Positions 1-14,187 of a stretch of DNA of 64,000 nucleotides are shown here, piece by piece (position 1 is the stretch's first letter; each line of letters begins with the position of its first letter). Position numbers and translations under genes: made by a program. Source of the stretch: the human T2T-CHM13v2.0 reference genome, Homo sapiens. The notes below the pieces were generated by a model. The model was given only the letters and a program-made list of their open reading frames with translations, was not told where the DNA came from and did no database searches. The stretch lies in assembly GCF_009914755.1 (NCBI RefSeq), contig NC_060925.1; one strand, written 5' to 3'.

Positions 1-1207
1 GCTCCATGTTCAAATTAGCTACAAATCATGTCCCTTATGGCATTGTTGCTAATGGTGACACTGAGGGTCAGAAATGCCTACGGTAGTGAAAAATATTTCA
101 AGTGCCCCTGACAGTTAACATCTGACAAGAAAGTGCTTTTCTCTGTGTGGGTTTTCGAGGGAGTAAATGAAATTGAACTCGCATACATATATGTTTGTGT
201 ATACATGCATAAACATGGTACTTTGCATCTGGTCTGTGACTACGCTGCAACCTTGGGAGATTTGATCGATTTTCTGATGTTAGAGGTAGGAATTTAACTA
301 AGGGAGTATTCTTTGGTAATCGCAAAGCAGAAGGACTTCCATGCAACCTGGTACTGGGTAGCAGCCATTGGCTCTTAATTTTGTAAAAATGACAGATATT
401 CAATAAAGTATCAGAATGATTAGAGGGAAAAATATTAGAGCTGGAGGAGCTGCCCTACTTCTGAACAAGCAGTTGAAACAAAGGCACTCATTGGAATTCA
501 TGGTTGGTTGACATTATGTAGCCTGTTGTTGCTTAATTTTGTTTCCTGTATATTTTCAGGGTTGTGTTCATTTGGTTTTAGCAATAAGGACGGGTCATTT
601 TGGTGCTGTGTCTTTTTAGTTCACCTGCATCCTTGAGTTGAGAGCAGAGAACAGAATGCATATTTATTTTCAATTTTTACATGTTATTTCGTATTTCCAT
701 AGAGTCTGTGGACTTTTAGGTACAATGATGCTGTCGTGAACAAATAAGATGCTGTCTGAATGTTCCTGAGAGCTTTAGTGCAGTGAACACACCTTCTCAG
801 CAACAACAAAAGGAGATCAGGGAGGCTTGGCCAATGTACTCTCTCGTCCACATACGGACTGATAAGCCAATCTTCAAAATCAAGATTCTTCCAGAAAGTC
901 CAAATTGTCGAGTTTATATTTATAGACCACATGTCTGAGAGTCTCCTCCCAACCCCCCTCAACCAAAGATAGTAGTTTAGATATAACAGTTTTTAAAATC
1001 AAGTTCTCACTATAAAATCTGAGTTAGATACTTGGGTAAGGGTGAGGAGTAGAGGGTATGGCTGAGGAAGAAGGGGCATTTCAAAAGAATTGTAATAATC
1101 AGTCCCTGACCTTATAAGAGTTTATATTCTAATTACAGAGAATATAAGTCAGACAGCTCAACAGTGGCAAGATCACATAGTACTAAATACCTGCTGAGGT
1201 CTTAAGG

Positions 1208-1429
1208 CAGTGTTTATACACTGGAGGGTATTTTCCTCCAGGGACCATATGGCTCTCCTTAAGGGTATTCAAAAATGTGTGAGGGCATTTTTGGTGCTCA
1301 CAAGGAGGGGATGTTGCTGGCATTCAGTGGTGCAGGCCAGGGATGCTGAGCATCCTGAGGGGACAGGGCAGTTCTAAACACTGGAACTGATTCCCCTCCG
1401 AATGCTGATAACCCTGATGAGAAACATTG
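1208..1429 (+). mobile_element. MER20-like hAT-Charlie DNA transposon relic
   Basis: cagtgtt...gagaaacattg termini; internal ctggcattcagtggtgcaggccagggatgctg resembles the MER20 consensus. Confidence 0.65.
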
Positions 1430-2629
1430 TAGTGGTTCCGAGAAGAACAAGAGCGCTCTTACTTGGAGCCGAGTCTGAGATGTCCTCAACACGTTCTGTG
1501 AGTCAAAGGTTCTGTTCCCTAAAATCAAGGAAGTGGCCTGGATCATAAAGTGCTTCAATGATCAAAGTCAGTCAAGTGAAATGTGTCGATCATTCTCCTG
1601 CCTAAAAGGCCAAATTCTTTCAGCATTGATTTAAAGCTATAAGGAATCAAGACCCTTTCTTTAATGATGCTTTCTGATGATTCTCCATTTGTATTGACGG
1701 AAGGAGCTAAAGTGTGGAGGCTCTGCACTAGAGGGTAGTTTATTTTAAAAAGTTATTTCTGCATTTAGTGTTAATATTAATTGCTTATTTTATATGCCTT
1801 TTTATACCATCTGAAGTACTTTCACATCTAAAAAAATTTAAATAACTTTTTTTCAAAAAAATACTGAAAAATAAAATCAGATTTCTAAATTAAATAAATT
1901 AAATTCAGTTTCCTAGAGCAGGCAGCATGGCATATTTAGTTATCAACAGGAATTTTCAGCAAACGAAAGTCTTTTAAAAAATAAAGTGAAACTGGAAAAA
2001 GGAGGCCATTTTTAATTCTTTCTCTATATACTTCTGTACATTATTTATGAAAAAGTAGATAAAACTTGATCTCCTGCAAGTAAGATTGACCTAACGTCCA
2101 TTTCTAGGGTATTAGTAGTCATCATCCCAAAAATATAAGACCAAAATTTGTATCCTTATGTCTAGAATAATGCTTGGCCTCTATAGATATTCAATATGTA
2201 TTTAAAGAAGAGATGGTGATTTATATTTGAAAATATTTGAGGAATTATAAACAATTATTTTCATAAACACACAAATATATATACTAATATGATTATATTT
2301 AGGAATTAGATTTCTAACATTTAAAATAGCTTAGAGACTAAGTACTGTTATTTCTCACTTTTTGTAGAAAAATCAAAAAATTCTAGAGAATTTATTTTTA
2401 ATAATTTGTTACTAGCTTTAGAAAATAATTTTTTTACTCAAAAATTCACTTAAATAAAATTACATTATCTACATTTTGATTTTTATAGACAACTTTTATA
2501 AGAATACTTGCATTATTTAACATTCCATGTGAAAAGAATGTGGTTATTTCTTAATTTTTTCTGTTAAAAATTCCCTGTATGATTGAAGATCTAAGATATA
2601 AAGATTATGTTTGTTATTTATAACAGTTA

Positions 2630-2768
2630 TCATTTTTTGAACACATTCTGTGTTCTAGGTTCTTTGCTAAGCATTTTAAGTGTACTATTTCATTATTCCT
2701 AATGACAAACTTATGAAGTAAGTATAATCATTAGTGTCATTTTACAGGTGTGGAAATTGAGGCTTAGG
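2630..2768 (-). mobile_element. MIR SINE fragment
   Basis: cattttacaggtgtggaaattgaggcttag is the reverse MIR core. Confidence 0.65.
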
Positions 2769-4597
2769 ATTTTGGAATTATAATTTCTGTAATACTGCCC
2801 CTCCTACTTTATTGTAAATAAATAATATCTTGGAAATATGATTTTTGAAAGATGAATGAACATTTTGCCATATAGATCCCTTTACAAGAGAAAAGACAAG
2901 TACATTGCAAATTCACCCCGATTCATATTTAGCCCTGAGTATTTGTTTTTTTCAGATCACAAACAACTAAAAACTATGAAACTTACTATGTTTGATAATT
3001 ACATATTTTACATTAGATATATAACTTACTTAAGTTCAAAACTAAGTCTGGAGAAGGTGGATAAATAAGTCAAAATTAACTTCATTTTAAGGGAAGTTTT
3101 ACAAGCAATGGTAATAAGTCGCTGAGGAGAATGGACCCCGGCATGTTGGAATCCGTGGTTGCAAGCTGACACTTTGAGGGAATGTTCTTAGCAAAACACT
3201 CACTTCAACGGAAATTAGGTCAGCCTTCTGGAACATTTATCATGTATACCTGTCACCAGCAAGACCCAGTCCTTAAAGTGAATTGAGATCACAAGCAATG
3301 GTCCCTCCTGCTCTGAGCTGCAAAGGACACTCTAAACCAATAGTTCTACAAATATGTGAGCTTGGCAGACGCTCCCATGAAACTAAAGCCAACACCCATA
3401 TAGTTGCTCTGGGAATTGAATTCCTTAATGCTTTGTTTATAGAATTTTGAAACAGCAAATGGATTTGGTCTGTTCTGAAAAAACAATCTGTCCTGTGGCT
3501 TGTTTGGAATAACATCTAGAGTTGCTATAGAAGGATGGAGGCAGATGACCCATGTCTGATTTGGAAGACAGTTTCGCCAGTTTCTTCTCCTTGTCCTTTA
3601 TTGTTCAGCCAGGTTGGTTTTTGCCCGACTCAAGGTATTTGCATAGAGGAAAGGCCACCTTCTACCGAAGCTAATTTGATATAGAAACTAGAGTAGTTAG
3701 CAAAATCCAGAGCTAAAAGAGTTAGCAAAATCCAGAGTAATAGAAGGTAAGATAGAGTGTATGGTAAAACCAAAACAACGTAAATGAGTCATAACCCAGT
3801 GCCCTTTCAGTAATCATATGGCATCATTCTGGTGGTTTCAGAGCAGTGTCAGCAAGTATGGAGTCCTGTGTAGGAATCTGAGAGTGCATCTGTGTCAGTG
3901 TACATGTACTTCAGCCCAGTGAATATAATTCATTGAGGGTTTTATGCATGGAAATTACCACATTCACCAGGTAGCCTGTATCTACTGGACTAAGTTACCT
4001 TGCCTTGGAAAGGAAGTAATTACTAATCTTTCTCTTGTGTTTATGTTTGGCAAACTACACCTAAAGACTTCACTAAAAAATTGGTAAAATATATATGAAG
4101 CTGGTTGAAAAAAAGATGAAATTATACATATGTTTGTGTAGTAGCAGGAATCTTCCATTACATCTCAAGAATGAAAGGAAAAAACTATTAAGAATAGATG
4201 TTTCATTTCTGTGTTCATTCATCACAGATATACTGAGTACCCACCATATGTCATACATTGTACAAATGGTAGAATCAGAAAGATGAGAGAAGTAAGATCC
4301 CCACTTTAACTGAGTCCTTATTCAAGCTGTGTGTCTGTGTGTGTCTGTCTGTTTGCGAGTGACAGATCCTTAAACAAAAAATAATGATAACCTATGTGAA
4401 ATGCCCCAGTAGAGGTTATTTTAAAACTCAAGGAGAGAACTCTATAACTTAAAGATATTTTGTCTACAAAAAGGAGCGAAGGTTTTATTCGAAGAAAGAG
4501 GAGCCTGTTTTATATGAAAATCCTGAAGATTTGAAGGGGCTGAAGAAGTAGAATGGATATGGAAGAAATCCACCAATGATTTCTTCCTGGAAGAATT

Positions 4598-4600
<3 letters not shown>

Positions 4601-4642
<42 letters not shown>
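4601..4642. repeat. (CA)21 microsatellite
   Basis: Direct read. Confidence 0.97.
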
Positions 4643-4644
<2 letters not shown>

Positions 4645-6211
4645 AACTTTCATGATCACACTCTATTAAGCCAGGACCAGGAAACAATTTCTAATCAGCA
4701 CTCTGATCTGGGCAGAGATTGTGCAGTCTTTTATACCAGGCCTCAGATCTGTGTTCTCTATTCACACATGCTCACTTCCAGCTGTTGTCATTGAAATCTC
4801 ACATAATCTTCCAAGGTCAAAGGGCAGTCACCCATGGCTGCTGCAGTTAAAAGGTTATGCTGATTTCTGTTGTCAAATATTGGCCCTTTTCTCTTCCAAC
4901 CACTCCCATTCTACTTCTTTTTTTTTTTTAAACAAGAAAAATCCAGCCTAGAATTGCATTACATGACTTTAAAGTCTTAAAAGTGTTCCTCCATTGTGCT
5001 AACACGACATGGCCTGAACAGTCTAATTCATTCTGTTACATTTCACAAAGAATTTTCTGGTACTTCTAAAATACTTTGTGCTAGGCCAGCAAACTTCAAA
5101 GTATTGTGACCCACATGATTGTGGCCTGCCATAGTATCTGCAGAAGTGAATAATACAGGTTCCACAATTTAATAAACATGGTGAATTTTGGCATCGATAA
5201 CTAATTACTGGGTAAATGAGCAAGAATTACACAAAAAATGACTTTTGAAAAGATGAAAGCTCTTTGCATTTTGTGGTTCTAAACATTAGCTAGTTTTATT
5301 TTATATTTGGAGACGTATATAATAGTACATTTAATATTTGGAGTCTTAGAAAAGTAATTGTAAGGATTTTTAAAAAATATTATTGCTTCACTCCATCCAG
5401 GATTTTCTTTCCATGCTTGGTGAACCAAAATCAGTGTTGAGTATCTTAAAATTAGCACATGGCCCCTGGCTATCTACTTTCATTATCATTGCATGTGTCC
5501 TCAGGTGGTTTAGCAAGCAGGATTCTCTGTAAATGGTCTGTCTCACAGCCCTGTGTATAAAACCTAAAAAGGAAGAAAAGGGAGATGGGCCATTACGATT
5601 TTTTGCTGTTTAACGTCCATGAACCAGGGTAGCCCTCAGGTGATCCAGTTTCATGTCTGTTTCACTTAAGATAATCAGTTTCTGATGTATTCAGGGAATA
5701 CATTTCCCTGTTTTTTCCCTAGTATATGTAAAAGTTCATAAGCAGAAACTAAAGCTATTACAAATAGCTTGATTCATTTGCAAATTACCAGTTGTTACTG
5801 TCCAAGTTTAGAGGAAACTTTGATGCAGAACATAAAAACAATAAGTTTGCTTTTTAAAAAACCTCTTTAATTCAAAACCGGGTTAATTAAAAAATGTTAA
5901 TTTATAGTGCATTAAAACCATAAAATTAATTTTAAAATATTAAGCTTATAAAATACTGATACTATGCTAATTACAGAAGACCTTAGCTTTTCTAATATGA
6001 TGCAAAATTGTCTGTTTTTTAAAATGGTGCTAAAGTAAGTGTTTAAATTTTTAAAATAATCCCTAAAGATTATTTTTGTTTCTCTGTTCTTGTACAAGTC
6101 TAAATTTTCAGTTGAGTCCGCTTGCAAAACAACTGTTTCAGCTTTTAAGACTAATAAATGCATAATTCTAAATGTTTCGGGGAAATGGGGAAAATAATTT
6201 GTTGACATGAC

Positions 6212-6280
6212 GAGAGAGAGAAAGGGAGGGAGGAAGGAAGGAAAGGAAGGGAAGGAAGGAAGGAAGGAAGGACGGAAGGA
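6212..6280. repeat. GA/GGAA polypurine simple repeat
   Basis: Direct read; about 10 GGAA units. Confidence 0.9.
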
Positions 6281-6555
6281 TATTTAGCCTGGAAGAGAGA
6301 AAATTAGGTTGATGAGATGTCTTCAGATATTTGAAGGATAGTAGAAATAAAGAGAGCCAACATTTGTTCTGCCTATACCAGAGGACAAAATCTAGGTAAA
6401 TTACAAGTTATAGGAAGGTAGACATATTCAGGGAAATATGATTTTTTTAACCCCTCATTTTTTTATTAACCACAATTTTTTTGTTGCAACATGACGATTA
6501 TTACTCCACTACTAGATGAACTTTAAGGTCCCTTCCATATCCAGTTCATTGTGTG
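6281..6555 (+). mobile_element. L3/CR1 LINE 3' fragment
   Basis: tttagcctggaagagaga...gtcttcagatatttgaagg and ctagatgaactttaaggtcccttcc resemble the CR1/L3 3' end. Confidence 0.55.
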
Positions 6556-7075
6556 ATGCCATGGATCTGATATTTGCAAAGATACAAATAGGTAAAAATC
6601 TTTTTTCACTTTTATTTTTAGATATTTTGATATCTAATAGACATAGTCCTTTAATTGCTCAATCACTTGGAACTTAAAACTCATGAACTTTCTTTCTATG
6701 AAGTCATTGGGCAATCACATTTAGTTTAATTAAATGCTACCCTTCCTTTATTAACTGCAGGAATTGGTGAAAAGATGTGACAAGGCCTTTGGATTAGACT
6801 GGGTAATTAAGTCTCTGATGCTAAAAATCATGGATTAAAATGGGATAAAATTCATTATATAAAGAGTGGTAAATATACCTGTGTTCTAATCCTAATTTTG
6901 CCACTATCTGTGTGACATTAAGCAAGTCACTTAACTTCTCATGTCTAGTTTAAAAGCATTCCTTTGCAGATTAATAATACATACTGTACTAGCAAAATAT
7001 GTTTGTAGACTGGAATTGGCCTGAGGGCTGCTAAGTTGTGACACGTTAGATTCAAAAGGGATAAGTTAGTAGTTA

Positions 7076-7460
7076 TGTGGGTTAGGGTAAGTGCTTAGCT
7101 ACTATAACAAAGCAACCAATAAAACGCAAAAACATACAGTAGTTAATGTATATTGAAATCTATTTTTCTTTCTGTTAATATTCCCAGATGAGCAGCCTAA
7201 GTTGGCAGGATGGTTCTACTCCACAGTGTCATTCAGGGTCCCAGGTTCCTTCTGTCTTACTGCTCTGCTATTCCACGGGTGTGTGCCTGCATGGTAGAAA
7301 GTGTTTTCGCTCATAAAAAGGGGTAGAGACAATGTTCAGGGCAAGAATTTCCTTTCAGGTACGTGGGGGTAGAAGTTGATTGTATCACTTGCGTTCACTT
7401 TCTGGTTGTGGCCACTCCTAACTGTAAGGCAGTCTGGAAAGTGTGCTTTCTGGCTATCAA
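7076..7460. mobile_element. MLT1 (MaLR) solo LTR, old subfamily (MLT1J-like)
   Basis: gctactataacaaa...gtcattcagggtcccaggttccttctgtctt motifs typical of MLT1J/K. Confidence 0.6.
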
Positions 7461-7589
7461 CCACGTATATGTGTGACAAACAGCAGACTCATCACAGGAA
7501 GATATTGCAGTAGTCTTTATTAGTTTCTAATGTTCTCCTAGAAAGGTATTACAAAAACATGAATTTTATATAAATACATTACTGAAAAT

Positions 7590-7730
7590 CTTGCTGTAAA
7601 TATCTGCCTTGACTGGGGACATAAGTCCCCAAGAGTAAGGACCTTGTGTTATTTTACCTGTTGCATCCCAGGTCCTAGGATTGTGGTTGCCATGTAATAG
7701 ACATTAAGTAAACATTTATTGAATGGAAGC
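7590..7730 (+). mobile_element. L2 3' end
   Basis: ataagtccccaagagtaagggaccttgt...gtaaacatttattgaatg. Confidence 0.6.
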
Positions 7731-10443
7731 AGTAAATTAAATATTGACTCTGTCTCTATGGCTATGGCAGAAATCATTGAGTGAGCAATGATGGCAAAAA
7801 CAAACAAAAAAACACAGATTAGGTGTCTGTATTGAGTAACAGTAAATGAGCAGCACAGGGAAATTTGGAGCCACAAAAGAAGGCCAACAGTGTGTAAGTC
7901 CCATGACACATACTTCTCAAACCTCTTTTTGCCCCATTCTTCTTTTGGTCTAAGAGTACATTATTTCCATAATGGTGACAATTTCTTAATGTGTCATGAT
8001 AAACCAAAATGACAATCATACCCATGTTACAAATGCATTTAAAGCAATCCATGTATTCATCTGAGAATCTCAAAACACCTCATCCATATTATTAGCTGAC
8101 AAACATTTCTGCATTTTGCAAATTCTCAGGCACAACTTTCTAGATATAGAAGTGTTTCAGCCTTACTGTCAGTCCAACACCATATGTCAACCTTTTAATG
8201 TTTACCATAAGCACACTACCAAGTGAATTTTTCTCCACTATCATAAAGGTTAATCTCACAAACAGAATATATATGTACTTTTATTGCTCCTGTGTTCTTT
8301 TTTAGATATCTGAATTTTTGCATTTCTTTAAACTATAAGGAATTATTCTAAAAATAAGCCGTATCTCAAATGTCACCAATGAGTGGCAGAACAATTTAAA
8401 TAGTCACTATACAGTCAGAAATCAGACCAGAAATTTAAAATTTGGCATTAATGGATCAGCAGAAACATCCCTGCACCTGACTCCTCAAAAGGAAAAACTG
8501 TTTTCCAAGATAATCTAAATTAAGAGTACAGAAGTAATATCACTGTAGGTGAGCTAACAAAAATTTACATCACGCTTTAGAGGACTACCAAATAACAGTA
8601 TCATAAGTCACTCATCTGAATCACTAAATAAATATTTATTACACACCTAGAATAAAGGCTTATGCTGGGCCCTGTGGACAATGTGAGATAATGAGACCCA
8701 ACCCTCCCCTCCCCGGTTTGTTGTAGGAGTGCAGAGATAATACATATAAACAAATAACTGTCCAGTCAGGTAGAAAGAGGCAAGTGCCGTAAGACAAGCA
8801 GAGAAGTTCTCCTTAATTGAATAGTGTCTCCTGAGCACACCTAAAATGTTCTGTGTTGGGGTGAGAGGGAAGATTAACGAGCCACATTCCCACAGGTGGC
8901 TCATAAGCCAGTGGGGAATTCACAGAAGGAGAAATTAAAATTCCAAGGAGGGAGTCTGGTTGATGAGGTAAACTTTTCTTTAGAAGGATGAGAATGTAGG
9001 TTCCCTGAGAGCAGTGTCCCCAGGGACTAGCACAGACCTGCACAGCACAGGCAGTCCAAAATCCTTCTGGAATATAAACAGCGTGAGAAGGAGGGAGCTT
9101 TTCCCGTCAAGTGGCCAAGGCACACCAGCATGGAGAAGCCTGGTAATCATTGGCCTGTCTTGTTATTAGGGATGGAACCCTATTTACCAAAGGAAGACTA
9201 GAATAGAGATGAGTTCTTTTTGATGAAATGACTGGGGTATTGCAGTTTGCCTACATCCCTTAACCAGACGAGATTTGATCATTTAGAGCTGACAGCCCCT
9301 TGATATTCCAGCAGAGAAAACAAAAATACCATCTTGGATATAAACTTTCCTTCTCAGATGCAAAATTAACTCTGTTTCTTGGACCTGAAAACTTTCTTTA
9401 GTGGTCAGCCTCCTGTGTGGTTTGTTCCCAGGTGTCTCTGGCCTTGACCTCTGAACAGCTCTTCAAGGTTACCTGTCTCTCTTCAAATCTTAACTTTGTT
9501 CCTCTCCTGCCTGCTAAAAGGCGGATAGATGTTCAGTTCCTCCATGAAATGAGATTTAGTTCCCATGTAATGGCATTTTCCATAATAACTGCTGATATCA
9601 TCAAGGTAAAGAGAGCTGCTTCTCCTAACTACCCATGAAAGAATTTAGCTTTTTATATTTCTACCTCTCCCATATAGTTTAATCTCTCCCCACTGCGAGT
9701 ATGACTGACTCCAAGGTATTGAAGTCTGTGCTCTAATTGGGAATTCAATGAACAAGACTTCAGTGAATGAACTTTTTTAGCCATATTATATAAAATGAAA
9801 AAGGATCTGCTCCTCATTTCAATCTCCTGTACAATTGCTCCTGAACAGTAGTACAGAATTGTAGAGATAGCACATTGTGCAACCTGGCTTTTTATCTGAG
9901 ACATACTTAATGAAAGCACATGTTTTGCACTTTTTTTCTGAGAGGCCCTATTCAAAATGTAAATCTTGGGACCTTTTGGGAGTGTTTAATGTGCTTTCCA
10001 ATGGAGGATCTTTCAATATTAATAATATCTGAATTTGGAATCGCTTAAACTCACCTTTTTATTTTCTTTTCCACTTTTTTCTTACTTTGCAGTAAAGTGG
10101 AACAATCAGATTAGTGTCATTTCCCTGCAAGTCATTTTTAAGATTTGGTTTGTGTTCATGAGAATGAAATATTAATTCACTCAGGTTTGCTTAGTAGTTG
10201 TGTTAGCAATATCACTTTTTCCATCATTTCTTAGGTTTCATTTCTCATTGCTGTCTTCTTACAAAGTTCATCAGTGGGTTTCCAAGCAATTGGTAAAGGA
10301 ACAAGAGCAGTTTCATCACCATTTAAAGTTACATGGAGTGTTTACACAGACCTTTCCATGGGGACATATTATAAACATAATCTAGCCAAGGCTGTCTGAT
10401 AATACTGTGTGAAGAGATGGTTACATCAAAACCTGCCAAAGAA

Positions 10444-10774
<331 letters not shown>

Positions 10775-11339
10775 TTATACTCTTTATTTTTGTGATTATA
10801 GTGCATTCACATATGTTTTACCTTCTAAATTGCACACATTCCACTAAGGTAAGCCTTGGGAGGCAAGTTGCTGGTAGGGAAAAGGGATGAAATTGTTATT
10901 TTTGCAGTGACTTTCTCAGGATCACACAAGATCTTCTTTTAAGCTTGGGACTAGATCCTTTTTGGGTGGAGGGAGCTTTATGGCCATGATGGACAATGCT
11001 ACTGCCCTTTAACTCTATTTTTACTTGAACTTTAAAAATATGAACCATAAAGGGAACAATAAGACAATCCCCAGGCATTTATCATCAGAAACGCCTGAAT
11101 CAATCTGACCAGAAGCTTCATTGCCTGTCCTGTCCTGATCCTGTTTAGTTTGGAGGGAATATGTGGATGGTTCATTTTCATAGTTTCCCAGTACAGACTG
11201 ACTCAGTTTTAGTTAAACTATATTGCTGGAAATGAGAGAAAGAGACAGAAATAAGAAGTTCTGCCAATGATTTTACCAAGAGGAAAAATGACATAGGTGA
11301 GCCCAGTTTGAGTTTCATTCACTCTGAGGCATCTCAGGA

Positions 11340-11820
11340 ACACTGACCCCATCAGGCAGTGTGTCAAGACCTGGAGGGCCAGAGGCACAGAAGATACTTC
11401 CCCTCCTCAGAGGGCTTACAGTCTAATGTGAGAAAAAGACAAAGTTACAATCACGTACGGCAGGTCCCAGGTGAGAAATATAGAGTATAACTGGTCAGTA
11501 TTCAGAAGGGAGAAAAAAAGTGTTCCCCAGTGGTGGGGGCAGCCAGGGAAGACTTTTGTGAGAGGTGACAACAAAGCTGAGTTCTAAAAGACACTTTAGG
11601 AGGTGGTTAAGCTAGGAGTAGGAAGAACAGATGTTTCAGGAAGAAGGAGCTGTATCAGGGGATGGCAGTGAAGCAGTGCAACGAGGAGCTTGCAGTTCAC
11701 TTAGGTCAAGGGTAGGGCCAGAAGTGAGAGAGAATAAACAAGAGGCTATATCTAGGTCCCATGCCATGGAAAGGAGTTAGTACTGTACTCTGAACGTTCT
11801 GTGGGGCTCTTGCAAGCATT
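11340..11820 (-). mobile_element. L2 fragment, continuing after the nested insertions at about 14600-15420
   Basis: ccctcctcagagggcttacagtctaatg and purine-rich L2-type sequence. Confidence 0.5.
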
Positions 11821-11822
11821 CT

Positions 11823-12984
11823 TTCTTTTTAAAAGAAAAAAAAATATATATATATGATATGTATATATCTACTATTATGATATGTATATATCTACTTATA
11901 TATAAATATATATTTATTATATATTTTTTCATTTTAATAGTTTCCCAGTGCAGATCAGCTCAGTTTTAGTTTAAACTATATTGCTGCAAATGAGACAGAG
12001 AGACAGAAATAAGAAGTTCTGTCAAAGTTTTACAGTATATATAAAAATATATATTTACATATATATATTTCATTTCAGTGACCTTTGGGGTAAAAGTGAT
12101 TTTTGGGTACATGGATGAATTGTACAGTGGTGAAGTCTGAGATTTCAGTGCATCCCTCACCCAAGTAGTGTAACTTGTACCCAATATGTAGGCATTTTTT
12201 TAATCCGTCACTCCCTACACAGCCGCCCCCTCCTGAGTCTCTGCGGTCCATTATATCACTCTGTATACGTCTGCACACCCATAGCTTAACTTCCACTTGT
12301 AAGTGAGAACATGACGGTATTTAGTTTTCCATTCCTGAGTTACTTCACTTAGAATAATGGCCTCTGGCTCCATCCACGTTGCTGCAAAATACATTATTTT
12401 GTTCTTTTTTATGGCTGAGTAGTATTCCATGGTATATATATATACCATATTTTCTTTATCCGCTCCTTGGCCAATGGGCATTTAGGTTGGTTCCACATCT
12501 TTGCAAATGTGATTTGTGTGGCAGTAAACATACACATACAGTTGTCTTTTTGATATATTGACTTCTTTTCCTTTGAGTAGGTACCAAGTAGTGGGATTGC
12601 TGGATCAAGTGGTAGATCTACTTTGAGTTCTTTAAGAAATCTCCATACTGTTTCACATAGAGATGGTACTTATTCTTACCAGCAGTATATAAGCATACCC
12701 TTTTCACCACATCCATGCCAATATCTATTATTTTTTTTTTACTTTTTATTAATGGCCATTCTTGTAGAAGTAAGGTGGCATCTCATTATAGTTCTAATTT
12801 GCATTTCCCTGATGATTAGTGATGTTGGGCATTTTTTCATGTTTGTTGGCCATTTGTCTATCTTCTTTTGAAAAATGTCTGATCATATCATTTGCCTACT
12901 TTTTGCTGGGATTTTTTTTTTTCTTGTTGATTTATTTGAGTTCCTTGTCAATTCTGGATACTAGTTCTTTGTTGTATGCATATT
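11823..12984 (-). mobile_element. 5'-truncated L1 (L1PB-like): ORF2 C-terminus, 3' UTR and complex TA-rich tail
   Basis: Minus-strand peptide YTMEYYSAIKKNKIMYFAATWMEPEAIILSEVTQEWKTK matches the L1 ORF2p C-terminus. 3' UTR ggtacatggatgaattgtacagtggtgaagtctgagattt. Degenerate TSD tcttgcaagcattct (11808-11822) / tcttgtaaactttct (12985-12999). Confidence 0.9.
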
Positions 12985-13237
12985 TCTTGTAAACTTTCTG
13001 ATAGGGCAGGGGGCTCAGAACACATTGGATTTGTCTCAGTGTCTCCAACATCTTGCTCTTTCCTGCCTCAGGGCCTTTGCTCATGTTAATCCTCTGCCTG
13101 AAGAGCTCTTTCTTCTTTTCCTATTTGGCTCCTTCGTATCTTTCAGATATCAGCTCTTAAACAAGACCTGCCCTGGCCACCCTTTCTAAAGCTTTTGATA
13201 TTTTTCTCCTTCATATCATTTATTTTATATATATATA

Positions 13238-13525
13238 TTTTTTTCGAGACGGAATTTCGCTCTTATTGCCCAAGCTGGAGTGCAATGGCACGATCTCGGC
13301 TCACCACAACCTACGCTTCCCCGTTCAAGTGATTCTCCTGCCTCAGCCCTCCCGAGTAGCTGGGATTACAGGCAAGCGCCACCATGCCCGGCTAATTTTG
13401 TATTTTTAGTAGAGACAGGATTTCTCTGTTAGTCAGGCTGGTCTCTAACTCCCGACCTCAGGTGATTTGCCTGCCTCGGCCTCCCAAAGTGCTGGGATTA
13501 CAGGCATAAACCACCGCACCCGGCC
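13238..13525 (-). mobile_element. Alu (AluSp-like)
   Basis: tttcgctcttattgccc and gtcaggctggtctctaactcccgacctcaggtg. Confidence 0.9.
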
Positions 13526-13530
13526 TATAA

Positions 13531-14171
<641 letters not shown>

Positions 14172-14187
14172 TATCATTTTTAAAGTA

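Noticed and set aside
1341-1357. ggatgct-g-agcatcc hairpin
   Set aside because: Short and inside a MER20-like transposon relic.
12251-12481. 76-aa ORF resembling a real protein
   Set aside because: Decayed L1 ORF2p C-terminus in a 5'-truncated element.
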